Assembly (NCBI GenBank): GCA_964291215.2
Contig: OZ219790.1
Location: 1,696,001-1,760,000 of the forward strand
DNA from: Alphaproteobacteria bacterium
GTDB lineage: Bacteria; Pseudomonadota; Alphaproteobacteria; MPNO01; UBA830
DNA: 64,000 nt
Reading direction: 5' to 3'
Position 1 is the first letter of the stretch. Each line of letters starts with the position of its first letter. Made by a program: the position numbers and the translations under genes. Below, piece after piece: positions 32,705 to 43,138 of this stretch. Below the pieces are notes generated by a model that searched no databases, was not told where the DNA came from, and saw only the letters and a list, made by a program, of their open reading frames with translations.

Positions 32705-34104
32705 CGTACTGTTTCCGGGATGGCGCCGCCGGCCTGTCCGAAAAGGCTAGCTAGGTCCCGCAACCGGCTGATCTCGACAATCTTCATCTCGGAAACATCC
32801 GCCATATCGACATCACGGCTGCCGGTCTGTCGCGCCGGTATCCATGCGGCCCCGAAACCGAGTTTGGACGCTTCCCGGAGACGCAGGCTCGTCTGGATAA
32901 CCGACCGCACCTCACCGGAGAGACCGATTTCGCCGATGACGACCGTGCTGGAAGCGACCGGATCGTCGAGTGTAGCCGAAATCAGTGCTGCGGCAACCGC
33001 GAGATCCGCAGCTGGCTCGGAGACGCGCAACCCGCCAACGACGTTGAGAAATACGTCACGGCCGGCAAGGCTGATGCCGCACCGCGCCTCGAGGACGGCG
33101 AGAACCATGGCGAGTCGCCCCGCATCCCAGCCGATGACTGCCCGCCGCGGGGTACCGGGCGCCGCTGCGGCGACCAGAGCCTGTATCTCCACGAGTACGG
33201 GACGAGTGCCCTCGATGGCCGCGAACACGGCATTTCCGGCAACGGAGTCCCGATGCTGGGCGAGAAAGACGGCCGACGGGTTCCCGACCTCGACCAGCCC
33301 GGCGCCAGTCATCTCGAAGACGCCGATCTCGTCGGTCGGCCCGAACCGGTTCTTGATCGCGCGCAGTATCCTGAAATGGTGGCCGCGGTCGCCCTCGAAA
33401 TACAGCACGGTGTCCACCATGTGCTCGAGGACGCGGGGACCGGCGATGGTCCCCTCCTTGGTGACATGGCCAACCAGAATCAGGCTGAAGCCGCGCCGCT
33501 TCGCAAGCCGGATCAGCATGTCGGCCGCGGCGCGTACCTGTGACACGCTGCCGGGCGGGGCCTCAAGACTGTCGAGATGCATGGTCTGGATGGAATCGAC
33601 GACGAGCAGCCGCGGCGTATCTGCGCCGTCGAAGGTCGCCGCGATATCGCGAATGCTGGTCGCTGCGGCGATCTGCACCGGAGCATCCGAGAGGTCCAGC
33701 CGCTCGGCGCGCATGCGCACCTGGTCGACTGCCTCCTCGCCCGAGATGTAGACGCAGGCCGCAGCGTGGGATACGGCGCCTGCGACCTGCATGAGCAGGG
33801 TCGACTTGCCGATTCCGGGGTCGCCGCCGATCAGTATTGTCGAGCCTGCCACCAGTCCGCCGCCACTTACGCAGTCGAATTCCGCAAGCCCGGTGGTCAG
33901 GCGCGGCGGCGCGGCCGAGGTTCCGGCGAGAGACGCAAGAGGTATCCGGCGTCCTTCGCCCGATCCTGGAACCGCGCCGCCCGCGTGTCCGGTCACGTCT
34001 TCAGCGATGGTGTTCCATTGGCCGCAGGAGTCGCACCGGCCCTGCCATTTGCCGTAGACGGCGGCGCAACTCTGGCACACGAAGCGCGATGCCCGGCGCA
34101 CCAC
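32701..34104 (-). CDS. radA: DNA repair protein RadA
   Basis: C4 zinc finger, GDPGIGKS, KNRFG. Confidence 0.97.
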   Translation of the reverse strand: MVRRASRFVCQSCAAVYGKWQGRCDSCGQWNTIAEDVTGHAGGAVPGSGEGRRIPLASLAGTSAAPPRLTTGLAEFDCVSGGGLVAGSTILIGGDPGIGKSTLLMQVAGAVSHAAACVYISGEEAVDQVRMRAERLDLSDAPVQIAAATSIRDIAATFDGADTPRLLVVDSIQTMHLDSLEAPPGSVSQVRAAADMLIRLAKRRGFSLILVGHVTKEGTIAGPRVLEHMVDTVLYFEGDRGHHFRILRAIKNRFGPTDEIGVFEMTGAGLVEVGNPSAVFLAQHRDSVAGNAVFAAIEGTRPVLVEIQALVAAAAPGTPRRAVIGWDAGRLAMVLAVLEARCGISLAGRDVFLNVVGGLRVSEPAADLAVAAALISATLDDPVASSTVVIGEIGLSGEVRSVIQTSLRLREASKLGFGAAWIPARQTGSRDVDMADVSEMKIVEISRLRDLASLFGQAGGAIPETVR

Positions 34105-34109
34105 GCGGT

Positions 34110-34877
34110 CTAGACTCCTGTTCGCCGCGCTGCGGGCGCTCCGCGCACGAAAGCGTCGACAATGGCGTTGCCGCTGCAGGTAACATCTTCGACATTTCCG
34201 ATCCAGACCACTTTGCCGTCATGTATCATCGCGATGCGGTCGCCGATGCGGCGCGCGCTGTCCATGTCGTGGGTGATGGTCAGCGCCGTGGCCCCGAGGT
34301 CGCGGACGTATTTCACGATCAGGCGATCGATGACGGCGCCCATGATGGGGTCGATGCCGGTGGTCGGCTCGTCGAAGAAGAGCATTTGGGGAGCGGTAGC
34401 GATGGCGCGGGCGAGACCTACCCGTTTCTGTGCGCCGACCGAGATGTCAGCGGGATAGCGGTCGGCGGTCTCGGGGCCGAGCCCGACCTCGCGCAGCAGT
34501 TTGATCGACCGTTCGCGGGCTCCGGATCTGGCCATGGTACGCGTCGACAGGAACGGAAACGCGACGTTTTCCCACAGCGGGAGAGAGTCGAAGAGCGCTC
34601 CGTTCTGGAACAGCATGCCGATCCCGCGATTGATGTGATCCCGCGCATTTCCCGCGAGGTTTGCGATCTCCACCCCGTCATACCGGATGGAGCCGGCATC
34701 GGGAGCAAGAATCCCCACGATGTTCTTGATCAGCACCGACTTTCCGCTGCCCGACGCGCCGATGACGACGAGGCTCTCGCCCTCCAGCACATCGAGTTCG
34801 ACGCCCCGGAGCACGGCCTTGGCGCCGAAGGACTTCTCGAGTCCTCGGATCACAATCTTCGGGGATGATCCGGTCAT
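34110..34877 (-). CDS. mlaF: MlaF-type ABC ATPase
   Basis: GASGSGKS, FQNGALFDSL, FDEPTTG. Confidence 0.85.
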   Translation of the reverse strand: MTGSSPKIVIRGLEKSFGAKAVLRGVELDVLEGESLVVIGASGSGKSVLIKNIVGILAPDAGSIRYDGVEIANLAGNARDHINRGIGMLFQNGALFDSLPLWENVAFPFLSTRTMARSGARERSIKLLREVGLGPETADRYPADISVGAQKRVGLARAIATAPQMLFFDEPTTGIDPIMGAVIDRLIVKYVRDLGATALTITHDMDSARRIGDRIAMIHDGKVVWIGNVEDVTCSGNAIVDAFVRGAPAARRTGV

Positions 34878-35647
34878 TGGGCGAAGAAGGCCTCGGTGAT
34901 GAGATAGTTCGAGGCCAGGATCAGGATCGAGGCCGACACCACGGCATTGGTCGTCGCAGCGCCAACGCCCTGGGCGCCGCCGCGCGAGTGGTAACCGTGA
35001 TAGCAGCCCATCAGCGCGATCAGGAAACCGAAGACGGCGGCCTTGGCGAGGCCGGATACGACATCGAGAATCTCGAGGAACTTCCAAGTGTTGTCGATGT
35101 AGGCGCCGCCGTTGAAGCCGAGCTTGTGCACGGAAATCAGATAGCCGCCGAACACACCAATGATGTCGGCGACGAAGACGCAGCAGGGCAGCATTAGCGT
35201 TCCGGCAAGCAGGCGTGGCGCGATCAGGTACTTGTAGGGGTTGGTGGCCAGCGTCGAAAGGGCGTCGATCTGCTCGGTCACCCGCATGGTGCCGATCTCG
35301 GCGGCCATAGCCGCGCCTATGCGTCCTGCCACCATGAGCCCGGCAAGGACTGGCGCAAGTTCCCGGGTGATCGATAGGACGACGACGGTGGCGACCGCGC
35401 TCTCAGCGTTGAAGCGGGCGAACCCGGTGTAGCTCTGGAGCGCGAGGACCATTCCGGTGAACACCGCGGTGAGCCCGACGACGGGAAGGGAATAGTAGCC
35501 GATTTCCACGATCTGCCTGAAAATCAGGCCAGGATAGAACGGAGGCCGGAAGATGTGGCTGACGCCGGTTGCGCCGAACAAGGTCAGGCGGCCGGTCGCG
35601 GCGAGAAAGCCGATGAAGACGCGTCCGATAGCAGCGAGAACGGTCAT
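34874..35647 (-). CDS. mlaE: MlaE-type ABC permease
   Basis: RELAPV..AEIGTMRVTEQIDAL. Confidence 0.9.
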   Translation of the reverse strand: MTVLAAIGRVFIGFLAATGRLTLFGATGVSHIFRPPFYPGLIFRQIVEIGYYSLPVVGLTAVFTGMVLALQSYTGFARFNAESAVATVVVLSITRELAPVLAGLMVAGRIGAAMAAEIGTMRVTEQIDALSTLATNPYKYLIAPRLLAGTLMLPCCVFVADIIGVFGGYLISVHKLGFNGGAYIDNTWKFLEILDVVSGLAKAAVFGFLIALMGCYHGYHSRGGAQGVGAATTNAVVSASILILASNYLITEAFFAQ

Positions 35648-36762
35648 GTTCCTGAGCTGTCCCCGTTCTCGTAACGCCGCCGGTAGCGCCGTCCCATCGC
35701 GGTCAGGATTTCGTAGCCGATGGTGTCTGCTTTCGCCGCCAGGTCGTCGACCGTATGGCGCCCGCAGATCAGATCGACGTGATCGCCCGGCTTCACGCCG
35801 CCTTCCGGGGTGTCGGAAATGTCGAACGTGACGAGATCCATCGACACGCGCCCCATCACCGGCACTCTGATGTCGCCGACATATCCGTAACCGCGATTTC
35901 CGAGCGCCCGGAGATATCCGTCGGCATAGCCCGCGGCCACCGTGGCGAGTCTGGCGCCCCTCGAGACGCGGCAAGTCGCACCGTATCCGACCGTGGAATC
36001 GCGGTCAACGGTCCGTATCTGCAGGATCGGGGCCTTCAGGCGCACGACCTCGCGCATCCTCCGCGGGGCGCCGGTCGCGGCCGAGATCCCGTAGATCGCC
36101 GCGCCAGGACGCGTCAGTGCATAGTGGTAGTTGGGGCCGAGAAAGATGCCGGCGGAATTGGCAAGCGAGGCGGAGACCCCGGCTAGCGGCGCCCGCAGTT
36201 CGTCGAACAGGGCGCGCTGCAGCCCGTTCGCCGGATTGTCCGGTTCCTCGCCGCAGGCCAAATGGCTCATGACGAAATCGATCTCCAAACCGTCGAGGGC
36301 GCCGGAGCGAGAGGTCAGGTCACGCATCTCGGATGGCGAAAGCCCGAGCCTGTTCATGCCCGTGTCGACAGCGAGAATCCCCCGCCGCGGCCGGTCTGCG
36401 CCGGCATCCGCGGCCCAGACGGCGATGTCCTCGGGAGAGTTGAGGACAGGAATCAGGCCTGCTGCCTCGAACGCCGGCGCGTCGGCCGGCCGGCCCGGAC
36501 CGTCGAGGACGTAGATCGTACCGTCGCGGCCCAGGGCCTCGCGCAACGCCAGCCCCTCTTCGGCCCGTGCGACGAAGAAGCGCCTGCAACCGGCGGCACG
36601 GAGGGTGCGGCCGACCTGTTCGAGTCCGAGGCCGTAGCCGTCGGCCTTGACGACTGCAGCACATTCGGCCGGCCGCGAGAGGTCGCGCAGGAGGCGCCAG
36701 TTTGCGGCGAGGGCGCCGAGATCGATGATCAGGGTTGCTGCGGCACCGTGTCCGGTGGTCAT
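35644..36762 (-). CDS. alr: Alanine racemase
   Basis: AVVKADGYGLG, DTGMNRLG, GRVSMD. Confidence 0.96.
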   Translation of the reverse strand: MTTGHGAAATLIIDLGALAANWRLLRDLSRPAECAAVVKADGYGLGLEQVGRTLRAAGCRRFFVARAEEGLALREALGRDGTIYVLDGPGRPADAPAFEAAGLIPVLNSPEDIAVWAADAGADRPRRGILAVDTGMNRLGLSPSEMRDLTSRSGALDGLEIDFVMSHLACGEEPDNPANGLQRALFDELRAPLAGVSASLANSAGIFLGPNYHYALTRPGAAIYGISAATGAPRRMREVVRLKAPILQIRTVDRDSTVGYGATCRVSRGARLATVAAGYADGYLRALGNRGYGYVGDIRVPVMGRVSMDLVTFDISDTPEGGVKPGDHVDLICGRHTVDDLAAKADTIGYEILTAMGRRYRRRYENGDSSGT

Positions 36763-36764
36763 TC

Positions 36765-38276
36765 TCAGTACGTGTGGCCGTCTGGCGGGGGCGGTCCGCC
36801 GTCACTGTCTTCGGGATTATCGAACTTGGTAGCCTCGCTGTGGAATCGCAGCTCGATCGTGTCGGTCGGCCCGTGACGCGACTTGGCGATGATGATTTCG
36901 GCCTTGCCGCGGGCCGACTCAAGGGCGTTCTCCCAGTCCTGCTGCCTCTGCTGGCGCCTCTCGGCTGTCCAGTCGGGCCGTTCGCCGGGCTTCCTGCCCT
37001 GAAGGTAATACTCCTCACGGTACACGAACATCACGACATCGGCATCCTGCTCGATGGTCCCCGACTCGCGAAGGTCGGAGAGTTGGGGGCGCTTGTCGTC
37101 GCGCTGCTCGACGGCGCGGCTGAGCTGGGAAAGCGCGAGCACCGGCACGTTGAGCTCCTTGGCCAGCGCCTTCAGTCCCCGGGTGATCTCGGAGATCTCC
37201 TGGACGCGGTTCACCTCACGGCCGGTCCGCGCGGGATGGAGGAGCTGCAGATAGTCGACGACGACCAGCCCGAGGCCCTCGGGCCTGCGCCTGAGCCGCC
37301 GCGCGCGCGTCCTGAGCGCTGACACGGACAGCGCGGGGGTGTCGTCGATATAAAGCGGTGTGGCCTGCAGCCGCTGACTCGTCCGCACAAGGTCGTCGAA
37401 CTGGGGCTGATTGAGTTCGCCCCGGCGTATCTTGTCCGATGCGATTGCGGCATTCTCTGCGAGCACCCTGGTGGCCAACTGTTGGGACGACATCTCGAGC
37501 GAGAAGAAACCGACGACGGGGCTGCTGACCGGCCTTTCGATGCCGTTGTCGTCGGTGAATATGTCCGGCTTGGTCGCGACATTGAACGCGATATTGGTCG
37601 CGAGCGCAGTCTTGCCCATGCCGGGGCGGCCTGCGAGCACGATAAGATCGGACTTGTGCAGGCCGCCGAGCAGCAGGTCGAGCTTGTGAAATCCCGTGGG
37701 GGCGCCTGCGAACGTCGTCTCGCGGTTGAAAGCGCTTGCCGCCATCTCGACCGCGTCCCTGATCGAATCGGAGAAACTCTGGAAGCCGCCATCGACATTG
37801 CCGCTGGTGGCGAGGTTGAAAAGGCCCTGCTCGGCGACCTCGATCTGGTTGGTGGCGTGCTCATCCGGGTTATGCGAATAGGCGTGGTTGACGACATCTG
37901 TGCCCAGCTCGATGAGTTGCCGGCGCAGGTAAAGGTCGTAGATCAGGCGCCCGTAGTTCTGTGCGTTGATGATCGTGAAGCTGGCGCCCGCCAGTTCGGC
38001 GAGATAGCGGTGTCCGCCGATCTGCTCGTACTCCGGCCCGTCGAAGAAATGTTTCAGTGTTGTCGGGTTTGCCTGCTGGTTGCGCTCGATGAGTTGCCGG
38101 CAGGCATCATAGATTTTGGCATGGATAGGATCGAAGAAATGTTCCGGTTCGAGGAAATCGGATACGCGTTCATAGGCGCGGTTGTTGCCGAGAATGGTGC
38201 CGAGAAGGCCCATCTCGGCCTCGATGTTGTTCGGCGGCTGGCGGTAGCTTTCCTTGCTCTCCTCGATATCGATCAT
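36765..38276 (-). CDS. dnaB: Replicative DNA helicase
   Basis: GRPGMGKT, DYLQL, LSQLSR, DLRESGTIEQDAD; start approximate. Confidence 0.96.
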   Translation of the reverse strand: MIDIEESKESYRQPPNNIEAEMGLLGTILGNNRAYERVSDFLEPEHFFDPIHAKIYDACRQLIERNQQANPTTLKHFFDGPEYEQIGGHRYLAELAGASFTIINAQNYGRLIYDLYLRRQLIELGTDVVNHAYSHNPDEHATNQIEVAEQGLFNLATSGNVDGGFQSFSDSIRDAVEMAASAFNRETTFAGAPTGFHKLDLLLGGLHKSDLIVLAGRPGMGKTALATNIAFNVATKPDIFTDDNGIERPVSSPVVGFFSLEMSSQQLATRVLAENAAIASDKIRRGELNQPQFDDLVRTSQRLQATPLYIDDTPALSVSALRTRARRLRRRPEGLGLVVVDYLQLLHPARTGREVNRVQEISEITRGLKALAKELNVPVLALSQLSRAVEQRDDKRPQLSDLRESGTIEQDADVVMFVYREEYYLQGRKPGERPDWTAERRQQRQQDWENALESARGKAEIIIAKSRHGPTDTIELRFHSEATKFDNPEDSDGGPPPPDGHTY

Positions 38277-38561
38277 TGAAGTGGCCACATCGAACTCCCG
38301 TACATGCAAATTGCACCTGTGCCGGACCGGGAAGGCTGAACCGGTTGGGCGGCGTCCGCCACAATGTCCTTCCGGCCCGGATGCTGCAAGGCTGGCGGCA
38401 GCGGAAAGCTGCCGCCACTATAGCAGCCGGAAGCGCGGCGGGCAGGGGGCGAAACCCGGAGCGGGCGGAAAAATGCGCGCCCGACGAACGGTTTCTTCAC
38501 CGCCTTTTCGGCAGTTTTGGACAGGCTTGTCCCGTCCGCGCTCGGAGACTCGTGCAGCCGG

Positions 38562-39806
38562 TCAGGCGGCCAGACCGCGGGCGGGCGAGCGTTCCTTTGC
38601 GGCCTGGGCGCGCTCCCATTCGAACATGTAGTCGCGGGTAATCGGGACTGCTTCAAGGCTCTTCGAGAGCTGCATCTGGAACACCATCAGGTTCTCGTAG
38701 CGGAAACCCATCTCGCAGATAATCAGATAGAGTTCCCACATGCGGCAGAACCGCTCGTCGTAGATTTCCGCCACCTCCTCGCGATGGGCCGAAAAGGCTT
38801 CGTGCCATCGCCGCAGGGTCTCGGCGTAATGGAGACGGAGGATTTCGATGTCGGTGCACAGCAGGCCCGTGCGCTCGATTATGGGCGTGATCTCCGACAG
38901 CGCCGGAAGATCGGCGCCGGGGAAGATGTACTTCCTTATGAACGGATTGATGGGCGCTGGTGTGTCGAGACGGCCGATCGAGTGCAGGAGCACGACTCCG
39001 TCATCGGTCAGTAGGTCTCTCAGCTTCTCGAAGAACTCGGCAAAGTTGCGCTTGCCGACATGTTCGAACATGCCTACCGAGACGATGCGGTCGAACCGGG
39101 AATCGAGTGTCCGGTAGTCGCGGAGTTCGAAGCGGACGCGTTCGTCGAGTCCGGCCGCGTGCGCGCGTTCATTTGCGACCTTGTGCTGTTCCGTCGATAG
39201 GGTGACCCCGGTCACGTCGGCGTCTCTGAGGCCGGCGATATAGAGGCCCAGCCCGCCCCAGCCCGAGCCGATGTCAAGCACTTTGAGGCCGTTTTCATCG
39301 AGCAGAAGCTTGGATGCGAGATGACGCCGCTTGTTGGCCTGGGCCGTCTCAATGTCCTCGTCGCGATCGAGAAAATAAGCACAGGAATACTGTCTGTCGC
39401 GGTCGAGGAAGCGGTCGTAGAGCTCGTCAGACAGATCGTAGTGGTGGGCGACGTTCCGCTGCGCGACTCCGATCGGGTTGTATTGTTTGATCTTGCGGCT
39501 GCCGATGCCAATCCAGCGCAACGCGTTCGCCAGCGGAAAGTTCTCGACATGCCCGTAGTTATGGGCCGCAAGCTTGATGAAGTCGTAGAGCGTTCCATCC
39601 TCGATGGCGAGGTCGCCGTTCATGTACGCTTCCGGAACATGCAGCGCCGGGTTCATCGCCAGCGAGTAGTCGAGGCTTGCCTTCTTCATGCGCACAGTGC
39701 AGACCGGCGCCGAACCGTCGCCGTAGATTCTGTCGTTTCCCGCCGCGTCGATGACGCGGACGGCTCCGGTCTGGACCGCGTATTTCATGAGGGACGTAAA
39801 CAGCAT
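38562..39806 (-). CDS. cfa: Cyclopropane-fatty-acyl-phospholipid synthase family methyltransferase
   Basis: NVAHHYDLS, QYSCAYF, LDIGSGWGG, SVGMFEHVG. Confidence 0.9.
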   Translation of the reverse strand: MLFTSLMKYAVQTGAVRVIDAAGNDRIYGDGSAPVCTVRMKKASLDYSLAMNPALHVPEAYMNGDLAIEDGTLYDFIKLAAHNYGHVENFPLANALRWIGIGSRKIKQYNPIGVAQRNVAHHYDLSDELYDRFLDRDRQYSCAYFLDRDEDIETAQANKRRHLASKLLLDENGLKVLDIGSGWGGLGLYIAGLRDADVTGVTLSTEQHKVANERAHAAGLDERVRFELRDYRTLDSRFDRIVSVGMFEHVGKRNFAEFFEKLRDLLTDDGVVLLHSIGRLDTPAPINPFIRKYIFPGADLPALSEITPIIERTGLLCTDIEILRLHYAETLRRWHEAFSAHREEVAEIYDERFCRMWELYLIICEMGFRYENLMVFQMQLSKSLEAVPITRDYMFEWERAQAAKERSPARGLAA

Positions 39807-40124
39807 ATTCAGGTCTCCGTGCCGCGCGGGTTCCGCAAAGCCTCCGGTTGCACCGGTGACCGGCGGGCCGGCAAAGAATACTCTGCAAGGACGGTTTCTG
39901 CCAAGACGGGCCTCGATTCGTCTTGCGGTTCGTCGCACCGGCCCGGGACGCTTCGGTTCGCGGATTCAGGGGAACCCGGGCATGTTGCAAAGATGCGTCA
40001 GATGTGTTTAGTGTACGCTCATGTCAACCCGCCGATGTCGGCAGGCGCGGGCTGCGATGAAGCGGCTGTCAGGTCGGCTTGGTCGCGATCCTGACCATAG
40101 GGGAGCTTCAAGGAGAAAATGTCC

Positions 40125-40424
40125 ATGAGACACATCAAGTTCATCGCTGTTGCGGCAACCACAGTCCTGCTCGCTACGGGCTGCTCGGAACTGGAGCGGA
40201 TCGATCAGGCGGTTGCGACATCGAACGATGCGAAGGCTGCAGCGATGGCGGCCACCAAGGCTGCTGAGATGGCTACCAAGGCTGCTGAGATGGCCACCAA
40301 GGCGGCAAACGCTGCGGTCGGTAGCGCTGGAAAGGCAGCCAGCGACGCCAAGTCGGCTGCCGGCGAAGCCAAGATGGCTGCCGACAAGGCCGATCGGATC
40401 TTCCAGAAGAACCTGCGCAAGTAG
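40125..40424 (+). CDS. Lpp/OprI-like alanine-zipper outer-membrane lipoprotein
   Basis: Lipobox LATGC, Ala-rich heptads, C-terminus ADRIFQKNLRK ending in Lys; RBS AGGAGA. Confidence 0.85.
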   Translation: MRHIKFIAVAATTVLLATGCSELERIDQAVATSNDAKAAAMAATKAAEMATKAAEMATKAANAAVGSAGKAASDAKSAAGEAKMAADKADRIFQKNLRK

Positions 40425-40431
40425 GTCGTCT

Positions 40432-40464
40432 GCCGAGCGCGCCCCTGCGAGGGGGCGCTTCGGC
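40432..40464. terminator. Hairpin between convergent genes
   Basis: GCCGAGCGCGCCCCT-GCG-AGGGGGCGCTTCGGC imperfect stem. Confidence 0.55.
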
Positions 40465-40466
40465 TG

Positions 40467-41405
40467 CTAGCCCGACAGCACCGGTACCGGGATACCGCGG
40501 CGCCCGCGAGCCACCTGCTTGACCGTTTGCCAGTGGATGGCTTCGTGCCGGTTGCCTGCGGCTTCCGCAACTCTGTATTCAAGTTCTGCCGGCATTGATG
40601 GCGTGAAGCGGCCAGTCTGCTCGATTTCGTCGGCCTGCGACTGGCTCGGGTGAACCTCAAGGAACACTTGCCCGTTCCGGCGGGCAAGCTTCACCTCCTG
40701 ATCGACCACCGTTACCGGAGTGCCAACCGGGAGATTGTCGTAGAACCAGGCGATGTCTTCCGGGTAGAGGCGGACGCAGCCGTGGCTGACGCGGCGTCCG
40801 ATACCGAATGGCTTGTTCGTTCCGTGGATCAGGTAGGCTTGCCAGCCGAGATAGAGCGCGTGCTTACCAAGGGGGTTGTCCGGCCCAGGTCTGACGACGC
40901 GGGGAAGTTCGGGCTGCTCCATACGTATCGATTTGGGCACGTACCAGGACGGGTTGCGCGCCTTGCGGATGACCGTTGTCGACCCGGTGGGCGTGTTCCA
41001 TCCGTCGCTTCCGACCCCGAGCGGCGCCGAGCGGACGGAGGTGCCGTCGGGCTCAAAAAAATACAGACGCTGGTCCGCAAGGTTGACCACGATGCCCTTC
41101 CGTGCGGACTTCGGAACGATGTGGGCGGTCGGCAGGATGATCCGGGTGTTCGCGCCCGGTACCCAGGGGTCGATTCCCGGATTCGCGGCGACGATCTCCG
41201 TGTATCCGAGGCCGTGCGCACGCGCGAGGTCGGGAAACGTGTCCGTGTATTTGGCAAAGTAAATTTGCTGTTCGCCGACGATGTCCGGATATCCGTCACG
41301 GGGCTCGTCGACGCGCATCCCGGCGGCCATCGCTCCCGGAACGGCGATCATTGCGCCGATGGCGGTCATCGTTCCGGAAAACTGCCTGCGCCCGATCTCT
41401 GTCAT
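40467..41405 (-). CDS. L,D-transpeptidase (ErfK/YbiS family, LysM-like N-domain)
   Basis: PGPDNPLG, IHGTNKPFGIGRRVSHGCVRL; twin-arginine-like GRRQF leader. Confidence 0.92.
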   Translation of the reverse strand: MTEIGRRQFSGTMTAIGAMIAVPGAMAAGMRVDEPRDGYPDIVGEQQIYFAKYTDTFPDLARAHGLGYTEIVAANPGIDPWVPGANTRIILPTAHIVPKSARKGIVVNLADQRLYFFEPDGTSVRSAPLGVGSDGWNTPTGSTTVIRKARNPSWYVPKSIRMEQPELPRVVRPGPDNPLGKHALYLGWQAYLIHGTNKPFGIGRRVSHGCVRLYPEDIAWFYDNLPVGTPVTVVDQEVKLARRNGQVFLEVHPSQSQADEIEQTGRFTPSMPAELEYRVAEAAGNRHEAIHWQTVKQVARGRRGIPVPVLSG

Positions 41406-41735
41406 CCTGCATGCTCCCGATCCGCTGCGGGTGCGGCGTCGAGTCTGCGGCCCCCGGGCGTCAGCGCACCGTTGTCCGTGCGGTTCCGCTACGTTCAACT
41501 TCCAATATAGGGTGGGAAAGCCGTCGATCCAACCTGATTTCCAGTTTGTGTACAGTAAGTTCTGCAAAAGGGTGTTCAAGCCTGATTGGCCATCGAATTT
41601 CTGTCGCGCCCGGAGCCGCGACCTCGTTCCGCCACCGGCATCACGCCCGATCAGGTTGCGGTGCGACAGTGCGGCGGCGCGTGGACATGGCCACCGGTTT
41701 CGCTATAGTGGGCTGGCAATTGTCGGGGATGTTTC

Positions 41736-42347
41736 ATGAAAAGGGTTATCGTTGGTATCACCGGTGCGACCGGGACGATCTACGGTGTGCGCCTCATGGA
41801 GATGATGCAGGCCAATCCGGAAACGGAAATCCATCTGATCATGAGCAGGTCAGCCAAGCTGACACTCAAGATGGAGCATGATCTGGAGCTTGATTACATC
41901 AATGGTCTGGCCCACGAAGTACATGACCCCGGCAATATTGGAGCATCGATTTCGTCGGGCTCCTTCCAATCCAGCGGCATGGTCATCGCGCCCTGTTCGA
42001 TCAAGACGATGTCCAACATCACGATGGGCAATACGGGCGATCTGATCAGCCGCGCCGCGGATGTCGTTCTCAAGGAGCGGCGCACCCTCGTTGTCGTGAT
42101 TCGCGAGACGCCGCTTCATCTCGGCCATATCGAGAACCTTGCCCGGCTGGCGCGCATCGGCGCGGTCATCTTTCCGCCCGTTCCCGCGTTCTACAACCGT
42201 CCGGCTTCCCTTCAGGATGTTGTCGATCAGTCTTGCATGCGCATGCTTGACCAGTTGGACATCCACATCGAATCGGCGCCGCGCTGGGGCGAGGAGGGCG
42301 GGATTCCCGCTGTCGGGCAGCAGATCAGCGGTGGCCGGGGCGGCTGA
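41736..42347 (+). CDS. ubiX: Flavin prenyltransferase
   Basis: VGITGATG, ISSGS, RAADVVLKERR, RETPL. Confidence 0.95.
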   Translation: MKRVIVGITGATGTIYGVRLMEMMQANPETEIHLIMSRSAKLTLKMEHDLELDYINGLAHEVHDPGNIGASISSGSFQSSGMVIAPCSIKTMSNITMGNTGDLISRAADVVLKERRTLVVVIRETPLHLGHIENLARLARIGAVIFPPVPAFYNRPASLQDVVDQSCMRMLDQLDIHIESAPRWGEEGGIPAVGQQISGGRGG

Positions 42348-42355
42348 ACGCGAAG

Positions 42356-43138
42356 TCACTCGAACCTTGCGCTGACCTCGCCGAGCCCGTCAAGGGATAT
42401 CGTCGTCAGGCTGTCGCTGTCGTCAAGCCAGATCACCGGCGCCACCGAACCGGTCATGACGATCTCGCCGCTCTGCAGCGTGTGGCCGTGGCTGCGCAAC
42501 GTGTTGGCAAGCCATGCGACGACCTCGAACGGGTGCCCCATGGCTTCGGCCCCCAGTCCGGTGCCGCGCTGTTCGCCGTCGATGAGGGTGTTTCCCCGGA
42601 CCGCGGCGAGATCGATCATCTGCCAGCCCGCGGCCGGTTGACCGAGCACGCAGGCGCGGTGAAAGAAGTTGTCGGCGACCAGCGTCGGCGCTTCGAGCGC
42701 CGCGAAGTCGTCGTAGCGGTTCTCGACGATCTCGATGGCGGGCAGGACATCGCCAATGATCGAAAGAACGGAGGCGCGATCGTAGGGCACATCTTCCGCG
42801 TCGTGCCCGATCCTCACCGCGATCTCGCATTCTATACCCGGGCTGAGCAAGTCTGCGCGTGCAAACGCGGCTCCATCGGCGTGGGTGTCGTTGCGCAGTA
42901 TCCGGGCATAGGCCGGCCCGTCGACACCCAGATAGCGCTGCATGGAAGCCGTGGTCGCACCGACCTTCCAGCCCGATGGCGAATCCGGCACCCGTTCCAG
43001 CAGGAGGGCCTGGCGTGCAGCCTGGACGGCGTAGGCTTCCGCAAGATCCTGGGGCCGGTCGGCATCGGCCAGCCGGGTTACAGGCTGGCGAGCGAGCCAC
43101 GCGCCGACCAAGAACGCGGCGGTCCGTTCCGCATCCAT
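42356..43138 (-). CDS. 2-keto-4-pentenoate hydratase-like protein (FAH family)
   Basis: GWKVGAT, IECEIA, PAIEIV, VAWLAN..MTGS. Confidence 0.85.
   Translation of the reverse strand: MDAERTAAFLVGAWLARQPVTRLADADRPQDLAEAYAVQAARQALLLERVPDSPSGWKVGATTASMQRYLGVDGPAYARILRNDTHADGAAFARADLLSPGIECEIAVRIGHDAEDVPYDRASVLSIIGDVLPAIEIVENRYDDFAALEAPTLVADNFFHRACVLGQPAAGWQMIDLAAVRGNTLIDGEQRGTGLGAEAMGHPFEVVAWLANTLRSHGHTLQSGEIVMTGSVAPVIWLDDSDSLTTISLDGLGEVSARFE

Noticed and set aside
22870-33751. Long antisense or overlapping ORFs over dxs, der, SDR and radA
   Set aside because: Typical high-GC shadow ORFs opposite well-supported genes.
36765-38276. Intein in dnaB
   Set aside because: Length is ordinary and no intein terminal motifs are visible.
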